NCBI GenBank assembly: GCA_965215505.1 | Contig: OZ244065.1 | Coordinates: 736,001-800,000, forward strand | Source of the DNA: Capsulimonadaceae bacterium | Lineage (GTDB): Bacteria; Armatimonadota; Armatimonadia; Armatimonadales; Capsulimonadaceae | Direction: 5' to 3' | DNA: 64,000 nt | Shown here: positions 40,338 through 52,891 of the stretch, one piece after another | Position numbering within the stretch: the first letter of the stretch is position 1 | Layout: every line of letters starts with the position of its first letter | Notes under the pieces: model-generated | Seen by the model: only the letters and a program-made list of their open reading frames with translations | Told to the model about the DNA's origin: nothing | Database searches by the model: none | Position numbers and translations under genes: made by a program

Positions 40338-42041
40338 CGACTGCTGTGCGGCATACTGCACCTGCGGGTCACGACTCTGTGCGAGGCCGCGCAGGGCGGA
40401 GATGACCGGGGCGTCCTTGCTGCCGGACTCGCCCAATGTCACGGCCGCCCAGGTCTGGGCGGGCGTTCCGCCCGAGGCGATGGCCCTGGTCAAGGCGGGG
40501 ACGACGTCCGATTCGGTCAGCGCACCCATGCGGGCCAGGGTCTGGCTGGCGTTGAACGGGGCGGGCGTCGGCTTGTCGAAAGAGGCGACGAGGGATGGGA
40601 TGGCGGCTTGGGCCAGGGCCGGGGTCACCAGCCCCTGCTGGGCCGCGCCCGCGACCGCGCCGTCGGAGTCCCCGAGGGCACGGACGAGGGTCGGGATGAC
40701 GGCGGGGTTGCCGCTGCGCCCAAGCCCGACGGTCGCGCCCTCGCGGACGGCGGGGGGCGTCGAGGGCCGGTTCAAGACCCCGTCGAGTGCGGCGACGGCC
40801 GGGGGCGTGCCGATTCCGCCAAGCGCCTGGGCGGCGGAGGCTCCGGTGTCCGGGCGGGCCAACGCCGCCGAAAGCGGGCCGACGGCGGGCGAGCCGGCGG
40901 ACTGGACGCCCGCCAGGGCGGCGTCGCGCACGCGGGCGTCGAAGTCGCCCAGGGCGGTGACGAGGGAGGCGATCGCCGTGGGACTGGCGACCGGCCCCAG
41001 GGCGAGGGCGGCCTGGGCGCGCGCCTCGCTGTCGGCGTTCACGTCCTGGAGGACGGCGGCCAGGGTCGGCTCGACGCCCCCGACGAGCGGCAGCGCAGCT
41101 TGGGCCTTCGGCACGGCGGCCTGGGCGTCCGCCAGTGCCTTCTGGGCGGCCGTCCGGGCGGCATCATCCTTCGCGGCGGCGAGAGTGGCCTGAGCCGTGA
41201 CGGCCGCAGTCTGAGCCTTGGTCACGCCGTTGTAGGCGGCCAGGACGACATCAGCGAGGGCGACCTGGGCAAGACGCTGCACGGAGGGCTGGTCGGTCTT
41301 GTTGGCGAGTTTGGTCAGCTCGCCGACGCTGGACGGGGCGGCGATCTGGTCCAGTAGACTGACCATCTGCTGGCGGAAGGCGATGTCACTCTGGGCGTTC
41401 GGGTCTTCCAGGTGTGCGACGACGAGCGGCACGGACGGTGCGCCGATCTTTTGCAGGGCGCTGATGGCCGAATCCTGGGCGGCGGAGAGCGGCAGGACGG
41501 CGTTCACCTGGGCGGCGGCCTTGTCGCCGCCGACCTTGCCCAGCACGTCCACGGCGGCCCCCCGGATGTCCGGGTCGCCGTTGGAAAGCCGGTCCACGAC
41601 GGCCTTGAGGTTGGCGTCGTTCTGGCCCGCAAGCGACGCCAGCCCGGCCTTGGCGATATCCTTGACGGCGGTTTCGCCGTCCTTGCAGAGCGCGAACTCG
41701 GTGTCGAGCGACTCCGTCGGCGTGACCTTGTTCTGGGCCGTCAGGCGGGCGACCGAGTCGGCGGCGTTCTTGCGGATCAGGATGCTGTTGACGTTCTGCG
41801 GGCTGGTCTTGTCCTCGTCCGGATTCTGCGTGTTAATCAAAACGTCCATCAGCCGCCCGTTCGCGACCAGGCCCTGCACCGCCCCATCGCGGACGTTCTG
41901 GTCGGGACTGGCGAGGGCGGCTTCGAGCTTCGCCTGCGAAGACCGGTTATAGCTGACCAGGCCGAAGACGGCTAGGACGAGGGCCGCGACGATGACGATG
42001 GCGCGGAGCCTGGCCCGAAAAAAGGAGAGTACGCTGCTCAT
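40314..42041 (-). CDS. Membrane-anchored HEAT/PBS-lyase repeat protein
   Basis: N-terminal transmembrane segment followed by many L.D....VR..AA.ALG repeats. Confidence 0.85.
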   Translation of the reverse strand: MSSVLSFFRARLRAIVIVAALVLAVFGLVSYNRSSQAKLEAALASPDQNVRDGAVQGLVANGRLMDVLINTQNPDEDKTSPQNVNSILIRKNAADSVARLTAQNKVTPTESLDTEFALCKDGETAVKDIAKAGLASLAGQNDANLKAVVDRLSNGDPDIRGAAVDVLGKVGGDKAAAQVNAVLPLSAAQDSAISALQKIGAPSVPLVVAHLEDPNAQSDIAFRQQMVSLLDQIAAPSSVGELTKLANKTDQPSVQRLAQVALADVVLAAYNGVTKAQTAAVTAQATLAAAKDDAARTAAQKALADAQAAVPKAQAALPLVGGVEPTLAAVLQDVNADSEARAQAALALGPVASPTAIASLVTALGDFDARVRDAALAGVQSAGSPAVGPLSAALARPDTGASAAQALGGIGTPPAVAALDGVLNRPSTPPAVREGATVGLGRSGNPAVIPTLVRALGDSDGAVAGAAQQGLVTPALAQAAIPSLVASFDKPTPAPFNASQTLARMGALTESDVVPALTRAIASGGTPAQTWAAVTLGESGSKDAPVISALRGLAQSRDPQVQYAAQQSLVQLVGA

Positions 42042-42067
42042 AGGGTTCCCCCGGTGGTGATAGGCTT

Positions 42068-42096
42068 ATCTTAAACGAAACGGCGGGGTTTGTCAA
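42068..42096 (-). promoter_or_regulatory. sigma70-type promoter for the HEAT-repeat gene
   Basis: Minus strand TTGACA-N17-TAAGAT. Confidence 0.6.
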
Positions 42097-42139
42097 GCGG
42101 GACAAGGAGAAGGGGCTGCCCGTGGCGAACTAGGGCCGC

Positions 42140-42817
42140 ATGAGCCTACGGATCGCCATTCTCCTCTCGGGCCGGCACGGGCGCGGGAGCAACATGCAGG
42201 CCATCGCCCAGGCGTGTGCCGACAACCGGATTGACGGCCAGGTCGTCGCCGTCGTCGGCAACCATGCCGACTCGCCCGCACTGGCCCGCGCCCAAGAACT
42301 TGGGCTGGCCGCTGCCGCCGTCTCCTCCCGGCAGGACGAAATCGCCTACGCCGACGCACTGCTGACGGCCTTACGCGGCGCGGACGCCGACCTGGTCTGC
42401 CTGGCCGGCTACATGCGAAAGGTGCCTGATGCCGTCCTTGCAGCCTACACAGGCCGGATGATGAACATCCACGCCGCCCTGCTGCCCGCTTTCGGTGGCA
42501 AGGGGATGTACGGGCAGCACATCCATCAGGCGGTGCTGGACTACGGCGCGAAGGTTTCAGGCTGCACCGTGCATTTCGTGGACGCGGGCTACGACACCGG
42601 CCCGATCATCCTGCAAACGCCTGTGGCGGTAGAAGAGGACGATACGGCGGAGACATTGGCCGCGCGTGTCCTGGCCGCCGAACACCAGACGTATCCGCAG
42701 GCGGTCGCGCTGTTCGCGGAAGGGCGGCTGCGGCTGGAAGGACGGCGGGTGGCGGTCCTACCCCCGTCACCCGCCCTTCCCTCCGAGGGAGGGGGCGGCG
42801 CGCAGCGCCGGGGGTAG
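42140..42817 (+). CDS. purN: Phosphoribosylglycinamide formyltransferase
   Basis: SG..G.GSNMQA, LAGYM, NIH.ALLP.F.G and G.TVHFVD.GYDTGPII.Q. Confidence 0.95.
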   Translation: MSLRIAILLSGRHGRGSNMQAIAQACADNRIDGQVVAVVGNHADSPALARAQELGLAAAAVSSRQDEIAYADALLTALRGADADLVCLAGYMRKVPDAVLAAYTGRMMNIHAALLPAFGGKGMYGQHIHQAVLDYGAKVSGCTVHFVDAGYDTGPIILQTPVAVEEDDTAETLAARVLAAEHQTYPQAVALFAEGRLRLEGRRVAVLPPSPALPSEGGGGAQRRG

Positions 42818-42819
42818 GA

Positions 42820-44871
<2,052 letters not shown>

Positions 44872-44875
<4 letters not shown>

Positions 44876-46005
44876 CTCGGGGCCTTGTCGGACTCGCGCC
44901 GGTAGAGCGCTTCGATGCGGTCAACCATGCGGCCTATGGAGAAATGCGCGGCGGCGCGCGCCCGCCCGGCTTCACCCATGTCATGCCGCAGGCACGGGGC
45001 CGCCGCCAGCCGGGAAAGCGCGGCGGCAAAGGCGGCGGGTTCGGAGGCGGGGACCAGCAGGCCGGTTTCGCCGTCCGTCACCAGTTCGGGCGTACCCCCC
45101 ACCCGGCTCGCGACGAGCGGCTTCCCCAGCGCCATCGCCTGCAAGATGGCGGGCGAGCAGGGTTCCGGCCAGATGGAGGGAACGGCGACGATGTCCAGGG
45201 CGGCGATGACGTTGTTCACGTCATCCCGGAAGCCGGTAAAAATGACCTTCTTGGCGACGCCCAGCGCCGAAAGGTCCCGCCGCAAGGCCGGCATGTCCGG
45301 GCCGTTGCCGACGACCACGGCGCGCAGGCACGGGTGTCGGTCCGCCAGCAGCCGCAGCGCCTCGAACAGCTCGCGGTGGCCTTTCTCCGGCGCGACACGC
45401 CCGACGATGCCGACGGCGATGTCTCCGGGGGTCAGGCCGAGTTTCGCGCGCAGCGCGGGCACGTCGTCGGTCAGCGCGCGGAGCGCCTCGACGTCGGTGC
45501 CATGATGAATGACCTCCATCCGGCCCGGCACGACCCCGTTCGCAAGGTGCATGTCGCGCACCGAGTCGGAAATGGCGATCAGGCGCTTGTGCAGGAAGGC
45601 GAGGATGAAGCGGCCACGCGCCCGGTTCCGAAACGGGAACGGCAGGTGCCAGGTCAGGAAGGATGCGGGCACGCCGGCCAGCCGGGCGGCGGCGGCGGGG
45701 ACGAGCGCGTCTTCCTGGTTGTGGGCGTGGATGACGTCCACCTTCTCCCGGCGGAAGAAGTCCCGGAGCCGCCCGAAGTCGGTCCAGTCCGACTGCCGCT
45801 TGACGGTCGCCTCAAAGGTTTCCAGGCCCATCGCCTGGGCGCGGGTCAGGACGAACTTGCCCGGCCGACCCGCCACGAGGACGCGGTGGCCGCGCGAACG
45901 CAGTTGGTCGGCCAGGGTCAGCAGGTGAAGCTCCAGGCCGCCCCACGCTTCAAGGTTGGTGGCGACCTGCACGATGGTCAGCGGGCGCGAGGGGGAAGAC
46001 GTCAA
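44872..46005 (-). CDS. GT4 family glycosyltransferase
   Basis: GGLE.H, GRVAPEKG, FTGFR.D, PS...E..S and AMA.G.P. TTG start near 46005. Confidence 0.9.
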
Positions 46006-47144
46006 GAGGCGACCGCCTTCTGCCCCGGTGCCGCGCCGCGGACGGCCTCGTACTCGCGCTGATAGAGGGCCTCGATGCGGTCCGTCATCAGGCTCAGGGA
46101 AAAATGGGACTCGACCCGCTCCCGGCCCGACGCGCCCAGGCGCTTGCGGAGGAAGGCGTCGCCGGCCAGGCGCGCGATGGCGTCCGCGAGGGCGGGGGCG
46201 TCGGACGGGGCCACGAGCAGGCCCGTCTCGCCGTCCGTGATCATCTCCGGCGTCCCGCCCGCGCGGGTCCCGACGACCGGCCGCCCCAGGGCCATGGCCT
46301 GCTGGACGACGGCGGCGCACGGCTCATTCCAGGTCGAGGGCAGGGTCAGGATGTCCAGGGCGGCGATGACATTGTTGACGTCCGGCCGGAACCCGGCGAA
46401 GACGACGCGGTCTTCCAAACCGAGCGCCCGCACCGCGGCGCGGACGGCGGCATCGGACGGCCCATCGCCGACGATGACGAAGCGCAAGGGGTAGCGGTCG
46501 CCGAGCAGGGCGGCGGCTTGCAGCAGGATTTGGTGGCCCTTCTCGGGGGCGACACGCCCGACGATGCCCACCGTCAGGCAGTCGTCGGCGATGCCCAGGC
46601 CGCGCCGGACGCTCGACGGGGAGGCGGTCGTCTGGATGAACTCCTCGATGTTCGTGCCGTGGTGGATGACCTCGACCTTCTCCGGGGGGACGCCGCAGGC
46701 GAGCAGCGTCTCGCGCACGGACGCCGAGACGGTGACCAGCCGGGTCCACAGCACCTGGCTGTAGAGCCACGTCCCGAGCCGGTTCTTGAAAGGGTACGGC
46801 ATGTGGCGCGTCATGATGCGGACGGGGACATGGGCGCGCAGGGCGGCGGCGGGTGGCACGATCATGTCGGTACTCCAGTGGGCGTGGACCACGTCGATCC
46901 GCTTCTCCTGGAGGAACCGGCGCAGCGCGCCGTAGTCGTGCCAGTCGTTCTGCTTCTGGACCGTGATCGGGACCGTCGCCAGGCCCATCTGCCGCGCGCG
47001 CTCCTCGACGAACCGGCCCGGACGGCAGGCGACGGTGACGTCGTACCCCCGGAGCTTGAGCTGCTGCGAGAGGTTCAGGGCGTGCAGCTCCGCCCCGCCC
47101 CAGTTGGGGAACGCGGAGGCCACTTGCAGCACGGAAAGGGGCAT
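46002..47144 (-). CDS. GT4 family glycosyltransferase
   Basis: GGAE.H, GRVAPEKG and AMALG.PVV. Paralog of the downstream GT4. Confidence 0.9.
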   Translation of the reverse strand: MPLSVLQVASAFPNWGGAELHALNLSQQLKLRGYDVTVACRPGRFVEERARQMGLATVPITVQKQNDWHDYGALRRFLQEKRIDVVHAHWSTDMIVPPAAALRAHVPVRIMTRHMPYPFKNRLGTWLYSQVLWTRLVTVSASVRETLLACGVPPEKVEVIHHGTNIEEFIQTTASPSSVRRGLGIADDCLTVGIVGRVAPEKGHQILLQAAALLGDRYPLRFVIVGDGPSDAAVRAAVRALGLEDRVVFAGFRPDVNNVIAALDILTLPSTWNEPCAAVVQQAMALGRPVVGTRAGGTPEMITDGETGLLVAPSDAPALADAIARLAGDAFLRKRLGASGRERVESHFSLSLMTDRIEALYQREYEAVRGAAPGQKAVAS

Positions 47145-47152
47145 GGACGCGG

Positions 47153-47689
47153 TTATCCTTTGGTCCCGGCGGCGGGCGTACCGTAGGCGGCGCAGACGCG
47201 GGCGATGACGTCGGTGGAGGACCGGCCCGCGACCAGCGACAGCAGGCGCACGTCGCCGCCGTAGGCGCGCACGACGGCGGCTTCGGGCAGATCCTCCTCG
47301 CGGTAGTCGCCGCCCTTGACGTAGACGGCGGGGCGCAGCGCCTCGATCAGCGGAACCGGAGTCCGCGTCGCGAACGGGACCACATAGTCCACGCAGGCCA
47401 GGGCCGCCAGCATCTCCATCCGCTCGGCCAGCGGGACGATGGGCCGCAGGTCGCCTTTGAAGCTGCGTACCGACTCGTCGGCATTGACCGCGATGACCAG
47501 GGCGTCCCCGCAGGCGCGGGCCTCGGCTAGATAGCGGGCGTGGCCGACGTGGAGCAGGTCGAAGACGCCGTTCGTGAAGACGACGGTCTCGCCCGATGCC
47601 TGCCGGGCCGCGACCAGTGGCGTCAGTTCTTCGAGCGTCTTGACCTTGTCTGCTGTGCTAACGGGCGCTGACGGGGAGTGCGATGCCAT
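47153..47689 (-). CDS. rfaE2: D-glycero-beta-D-manno-heptose 1-phosphate adenylyltransferase (RfaE domain II)
   Basis: FTNGVFDLLHVGH, N.D.SV..KG..RP, VKGGDY and SST. Confidence 0.92.
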   Translation of the reverse strand: MASHSPSAPVSTADKVKTLEELTPLVAARQASGETVVFTNGVFDLLHVGHARYLAEARACGDALVIAVNADESVRSFKGDLRPIVPLAERMEMLAALACVDYVVPFATRTPVPLIEALRPAVYVKGGDYREEDLPEAAVVRAYGGDVRLLSLVAGRSSTDVIARVCAAYGTPAAGTKG

Positions 47690-48749
47690 GGGATCTCCTT
47701 TCAGGCCGGCTCATCCGTAGGTCGAGGGCGGCGATCACGGCGGGGACGCTCAGGTCCTGCATGCACATCATGTCGCCGCGCGCGCAGATGCGGTCGCGGC
47801 ACGGCACGCAGAGCAGCGCCCGGTCAATCAAGACGGTGCTGGTGTCGGTCAGCGGCCCCGTCCGGTCCGGGTCCGCCGCGCCCGAGAGGACGACGAGCGG
47901 CGTGCCGACGGCGGCCCCGATGTGCATCGGGCCGGTGTCGCAGGTCAGCAGGGCGTCCGCGCGGGCCAGGACGGCCCCGAACTCCTTGACGGTCAGCCGC
48001 CCGGCCAGGTTGATGATGCGCGCGTCGGCGGAAGACACCTCGCGCGCCAAGGCGACCTCGTCCAACCCGTCCATGACCGTCTTGAAGGAGGCGGGCGCTC
48101 CGGTCACGGCCACCCTGACGCCAGGCTCTCCGGCCCAATGGGCGGCGACAGCGCGGAATCGTTCCAGCGGCCAGCGGTTGAGCGGACGGGAGGCGGCGGG
48201 GTTGATGACCAGCAGCCGGTCGGCCGGCAGCACCCCGGCCTCGGCGACCTTCCGCGACGCCGCCCGCCGGTCGGCATCGGGAATGATGAAATCCAGCGAC
48301 CGGTCGGAAAGCGGGGCGACGCCCAGTGGAGCCAGCTCTTTATAAAAATCGTCCACGGCGTGGGCGACGCGGCCCGTCTCGGGCCGAACCGCCATGCACT
48401 TCGTGAAGGTCAGGCGCGTCCGCGCGCCGCTGGCCGCCGCCATCAGGTACGACTTGGCGCTCGGGTGCAGGTTGATGACCAGGTCATAACGCGCCCGCGC
48501 CACACGCCACAGGAACGGCACGAAGTGGTCGAGCCGCGAGTCCACCCCGCGCTTGTCGAACACGATCACGTCCCGCACGCAGGCATGCCCCGACAGGGCA
48601 TCCTTCATGCCGCCGCCGACGATGAAGTCAATGACGATGCCCGGAAAGGCCGCATGGAGGGCGCGCACGGAAGGCGTCGCCAGCAGGATGTCGCCCATGC
48701 CGCCGAACCGGATGAACAGGGCGCGTTTGAAGTCACAGGATTGGGTCAT
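47658..48749 (-). CDS. GT9 family glycosyltransferase
   Basis: GGMGDILL, RWP, CDTGPMH and C.PC....C....C. Confidence 0.88.
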   Translation of the reverse strand: MTQSCDFKRALFIRFGGMGDILLATPSVRALHAAFPGIVIDFIVGGGMKDALSGHACVRDVIVFDKRGVDSRLDHFVPFLWRVARARYDLVINLHPSAKSYLMAAASGARTRLTFTKCMAVRPETGRVAHAVDDFYKELAPLGVAPLSDRSLDFIIPDADRRAASRKVAEAGVLPADRLLVINPAASRPLNRWPLERFRAVAAHWAGEPGVRVAVTGAPASFKTVMDGLDEVALAREVSSADARIINLAGRLTVKEFGAVLARADALLTCDTGPMHIGAAVGTPLVVLSGAADPDRTGPLTDTSTVLIDRALLCVPCRDRICARGDMMCMQDLSVPAVIAALDLRMSRPERRSHGIALPVSAR

Positions 48750-48783
48750 CAGTGATCCGACAGCAGACCGAAACAGACGAAAA

Positions 48784-50904
48784 TCAGACGGGACTCAGTT
48801 TCCCCACCGCAGCCCGACTCTGCGCCAGGAGCGAAAGCGCCGCCGCCCGCACGGCCCCGATCTCCAGGGAAGCCATCGTGCCGTCCGGCGATTCAAGAAC
48901 GCGGTGGCACGGCCCGTAGTTCCCCCACTTGCGCGGGTTGGTCGGCCCGAACAGGGAGACGGTGGGCACGCCGAGCGCGACGGCGGAGTGCATGATGGCG
49001 GTGTCGTTGCCGACGAACAGGCCAAGCTCGGACACCAGCGCGAGCGACCCGCGCAGGTCGCAGGCACCCGCGAAGGAGACGACGCGCGCCCGCGTCTCCG
49101 GGGGACAGCAGGCCAGCAGCTCCTCGGCGGCGTCCCGCTCGTCGGGGCCGCCGATCAGAGCGATTCGCAGGCGCGGGTCCTGCCCGAGCAGAGCCTCGGC
49201 CACCTCGGCGAAGCAGGCCGCGCCCCAGCGCTTGCGGGGCAGGCTGGCACCCGGCTGGATGCCGACGAGGCAGTGGCGGGGGATGTCCATGCCGAACGCC
49301 TCCCGCAGCCGCGTCCGCGCCCGCCGCGTCTCGTCCTCGCTCACCCACAGCTCCAGGGCGGGGTTGACCGGCGCGTAGGGCGCGACGGCGTGCAGGACAT
49401 CAAAATAGCAGGCGACCTCGCTCTTCTCCCGGTCGTAAGGGACGCGGCGGTTCAGCAGCGGCCCGCGCCCCTCCGACTCGAAGCCCGCCCGGACGCGGAT
49501 GCCGCCGAGCCAGGGCGTCAGGGCCGAGTGGAAGGAGCGGTTGAGGGCGAGGCAGAGGTCGAAGCGGCCCGCCCGGAGCCGCCGCACGAGGCTGAGGTAG
49601 GGCCGCCTCCCCCGGTCGGACTTGTACGGGTCGAACTCGATGATCTCGTCCAGGTACGGGTTGTTTTGCAGCAGGACGCGCGCGTTCTTCCCGGTCAGGA
49701 GGGCGATGTGGGCGTCCGGCCACTGCGCCCGCGCCGCCCGGAAGATCGGGATCGCGAGCAGGGTGTCGCCGATGAACCGGAACTTGGTGGCGATGAGGAT
49801 GCGCCGGACATCGCCGCCGACTTTCGGCTCGTAGGGGCGGACGACGGCATCCCGTCCGGGCCGGACGGCCGCGACCTGTGGCAGCAGGGTCAGTCGCCCA
49901 CGGCGGAGCCGCAGCAGGCGGCGGGCGGCCACGATGACCTCGTCCGGCGAGATCGCCCGCAGGCAGTCGTACCGGCCCTCGCAGGTCGGGTGGTTGCCGC
50001 AGGGCGCGCACGGCAGGGCCTTATAGATCGCCTCGGAACGGTCATCGAAGGGACCCGTCACGGCGGGGTCGGTCGAGCCGAAGAGGGCCAGGGTGGGCGT
50101 CCCGACCGCCGTCGCCAGGTGCATCGGCCCCGAGTCGGCGCTCAGAAGCAGGTCACACCTCTGGAGGACGGCGGCCAGCGTCTTGACCGAGGTCCGGCCC
50201 ACGAGGTTGACGGGCCGGGCGCGCTGGGTGAGCCGCATGACCTCGGCGGCAAGGGCGGTGTCCTCGATCCCCGAACCAACCAGAACGCAGGGGGTGTCCG
50301 CCAGGCCGTCCAGGGCCAGCGCGAATGAGGCGGCGAACCAGCGCTTCTGCGGCCGGGTCGCGCCGACGTTGACGGCGAGTACGGGGCCGTCCGCCGTGAT
50401 TCCTGCGGCGGCCAGGAGGGCCGTAGAGGCCGCCTTGGACTCGTCATCCACGGTCACGACCAGCCGGCGGGCGTCCCGACTCGGCGCGTCCGGCAGGGGC
50501 ATCGTGTCCAGCATGGCGTCGGCCATATGGGTCGCGCGGGTCTGCCGCAGCTCGGTCAGGAATCGGTTCATGCCGCGCCCGCCCTGCCCGACGCGGCGCG
50601 GGGTGCGGGCGAGCCAGGCGGCGGCGGCATACGCGGACAGGGGCGGCAGGATGACGGCGTCCGTATACTTGCCGTCGCGGAGCAGGCGGTAGGTCTGCAC
50701 CACGCGCGCCCAGCTCCCGCGCGCCGTGCGCGCGATGATCGTGTCAAGGTCCGGGTTGTTTTGCAGGACCTCCGCCGCCGCGCCCGCCCCGACGACGGTG
50801 TCGATCCGGGCCTCGGGGTAGGCGCGGCGCAGGGCGGCGATGGCCGGGGTGGTCAGCAGGGCATCCCCCATGTAGTTCATGTTGACGACCAAAAACTTGT
50901 GCAT
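48784..50904 (-). CDS. Double-domain GT9 glycosyltransferase (two WaaF-like units fused)
   Basis: 706 aa with two full motif sets: YMGD..KRW..DSGPMH..FGSTDP and FIGD..KRW..NDTAIMH..FGPTNP. Confidence 0.88.
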   Translation of the reverse strand: MHKFLVVNMNYMGDALLTTPAIAALRRAYPEARIDTVVGAGAAAEVLQNNPDLDTIIARTARGSWARVVQTYRLLRDGKYTDAVILPPLSAYAAAAWLARTPRRVGQGGRGMNRFLTELRQTRATHMADAMLDTMPLPDAPSRDARRLVVTVDDESKAASTALLAAAGITADGPVLAVNVGATRPQKRWFAASFALALDGLADTPCVLVGSGIEDTALAAEVMRLTQRARPVNLVGRTSVKTLAAVLQRCDLLLSADSGPMHLATAVGTPTLALFGSTDPAVTGPFDDRSEAIYKALPCAPCGNHPTCEGRYDCLRAISPDEVIVAARRLLRLRRGRLTLLPQVAAVRPGRDAVVRPYEPKVGGDVRRILIATKFRFIGDTLLAIPIFRAARAQWPDAHIALLTGKNARVLLQNNPYLDEIIEFDPYKSDRGRRPYLSLVRRLRAGRFDLCLALNRSFHSALTPWLGGIRVRAGFESEGRGPLLNRRVPYDREKSEVACYFDVLHAVAPYAPVNPALELWVSEDETRRARTRLREAFGMDIPRHCLVGIQPGASLPRKRWGAACFAEVAEALLGQDPRLRIALIGGPDERDAAEELLACCPPETRARVVSFAGACDLRGSLALVSELGLFVGNDTAIMHSAVALGVPTVSLFGPTNPRKWGNYGPCHRVLESPDGTMASLEIGAVRAAALSLLAQSRAAVGKLSPV

Positions 50905-50910
50905 CGTTAG

Positions 50911-51960
50911 TCAGTTTACCCGCAAGACGGCCAGTTTCCCGCCGACCGCCGCCAGAACGTCTTCGGGCGTGATCCGCGCCAGGCACGCCGCCCCTGCCTC
51001 GTCGCTGGGGCGCTTGCCCGGAACCACCGCGCCGGGCGCGGGGTCGTGCAGGACGACGTTCCGCGCACCGTAAGGCCCGTGCCGGGCGGGGTCCGTCGCG
51101 CCGAACAGGGCGACGACGGGCGTGCCGACGGCGACGGCAATATGCATGGGGCCGGTGTCCGCCGTCACCAGCAGGTCGCAGGCGGCAAGAACTGACGCCA
51201 GCTCGCGCAGAGTCGTTTCGCCGGCAAGGTCCACATACCCCGCCGCCAGACCCGGCAGGATTTCGGCCACGGCCTGTGCGTCGTTCCTGTCGCCGACGAA
51301 GACGACGCCCGACCCGGAGATCGTTAATGCCCGCGCGACGGACGCCCACCGCTCGACCGGCCAGCGCTTGTAGGCGCGGGACGCGCCGACGTTCAGCGCG
51401 ATCCAGGGGCGCGGCAGGCCCGCAAGCCACTCGCCCGCCCGCCGCGCCCCCTCGGCGGCCAGGTACGTCTGCGGCGTGAACTCCGGGTGCGCGACATGGA
51501 CGCCGAGCGCCTCGGCGAAGCCATACAGCAGGTCCACCTCGTGCCGGTCCCGTGCCCGTCCGGGGATGACGGGGTGCGTCAGGAACAGGGCGTTCGCCTC
51601 GCGGTTCCGGTCCCAGCCCGCGCGCACCGGTGCGCCCGACAGCCATGTCGCCAGGCCGCTCAGGAAAAGCCCCTGCATGTCCAGGGCGATCTCATAGCGG
51701 TCCGCCCGCAGTTCGGCCCGGAGCGCCCGAATCTCACCCAGGGAGGGCCTGTCGGGCATGACATACAGGCGGTCAACAAACGGGTTGCCGCGCAGGACGT
51801 CCGCACAGCGACGGCGGACCACCCAGCCCAGCGTCAGGCGCGGCGCGGCCTCCTTGATCGCCTGCACGACCGGCAGTGCGTGGATCACGTCGCCGATGGA
51901 ACTGGTCTTGACGACCAGCAGATGTGAGATGTCAGTGAGCGGCGGCAGGGGCCTGGGCAT
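50911..51960 (-). CDS. GT9 heptosyltransferase (WaaC-like)
   Basis: VKTSSIGDVIHALP, D.QGL..S, KRWP and DTGPMH. Start MPRPL at 51960. Confidence 0.88.
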   Translation of the reverse strand: MPRPLPPLTDISHLLVVKTSSIGDVIHALPVVQAIKEAAPRLTLGWVVRRRCADVLRGNPFVDRLYVMPDRPSLGEIRALRAELRADRYEIALDMQGLFLSGLATWLSGAPVRAGWDRNREANALFLTHPVIPGRARDRHEVDLLYGFAEALGVHVAHPEFTPQTYLAAEGARRAGEWLAGLPRPWIALNVGASRAYKRWPVERWASVARALTISGSGVVFVGDRNDAQAVAEILPGLAAGYVDLAGETTLRELASVLAACDLLVTADTGPMHIAVAVGTPVVALFGATDPARHGPYGARNVVLHDPAPGAVVPGKRPSDEAGAACLARITPEDVLAAVGGKLAVLRVN

Positions 51961-52882
51961 TTTCGCTCTCTTCCACGGCTTCCATGTCCGCCGGGGGCGG
52001 CACGCGCCAGCGGTCATGCAGCCACAGCCATTGGTCCGGGTACTGCCGGACCACATCCTCAATGATTGCCGTGAGCTGCGTCATGATCCGCAGGATGTCA
52101 GCGTCCCGGTCGCCCGTGGACTCGGCGACTATGCCCGGACCCATGATTATCTTGTAAGTGCCGTCCGGCTGGCGCGGGCAGAAGATCGGCAGCAGCGTCG
52201 CGCCCGTCTTCAAGGCCAGCACGGCGGGTCCGGCGACGGTCCCGGCGAGTTTACCGAAGAACGGGACGAACACGTCTTCGGATTTCTGGTCGGGAACGAT
52301 GGCGATGCGGCCGTTCTCGCGCAGCGTCTTGAGCAGCGCGCGTGGCGACTCGCCGCGCGGATGGACCGTGTTGCCGCCGCTGCCGCGTATCCGGTCCGTC
52401 AGCGCGTTGAACTTCTCGTCCTCGCTCTGGCGGGCGATCACCAGGATCGGGTGCCCGGCCAGTGCCAGGTACTTCGCGCTCCACTCCCAGTTGCCCAGAT
52501 GGGCGGCGATGATGATGACACCTTTCCCGCGCGCCTCGGCGGCCTCCAGAGGCTCCATCGAGTCCAGCTTGACCCGCTCCTGAAGCTCGGCGAGAGTCAT
52601 GTCGGACCCCTTCAGGAACTCGACCAGCAGGGCGCGGGTGAAGTGCTGGAAGACGCGCTTGATCAGGCCCTGCCGCTGGTGTTCGGTGAGGGAGTCACCG
52701 TAGGCGATCTTGAGGTTCTTGTCGGCCACGTTCCGGTAGCGCCCGGACAGGTGATAGGCCAGAGTCCCCATCGAGGTCCCCCAGGCCAGAGCCGGCTTCC
52801 AGGGGACGCGGCGAAGGATGACGAACAGCATCCACAGCGCGTTCCTAGCGAAGCCCTGCCACAATTGTTTGCTGATACGCAT
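51932..52882 (-). CDS. lpxL: Lipid A late acyltransferase (LpxL/HtrB family)
   Basis: AHLGNWE, DQ, VPFFG, GPA.LA and PDQW.W.HDRW. Confidence 0.9.
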   Translation of the reverse strand: MRISKQLWQGFARNALWMLFVILRRVPWKPALAWGTSMGTLAYHLSGRYRNVADKNLKIAYGDSLTEHQRQGLIKRVFQHFTRALLVEFLKGSDMTLAELQERVKLDSMEPLEAAEARGKGVIIIAAHLGNWEWSAKYLALAGHPILVIARQSEDEKFNALTDRIRGSGGNTVHPRGESPRALLKTLRENGRIAIVPDQKSEDVFVPFFGKLAGTVAGPAVLALKTGATLLPIFCPRQPDGTYKIIMGPGIVAESTGDRDADILRIMTQLTAIIEDVVRQYPDQWLWLHDRWRVPPPADMEAVEESENAQAPAAAH

Positions 52883-52891
52883 ACGACGATA

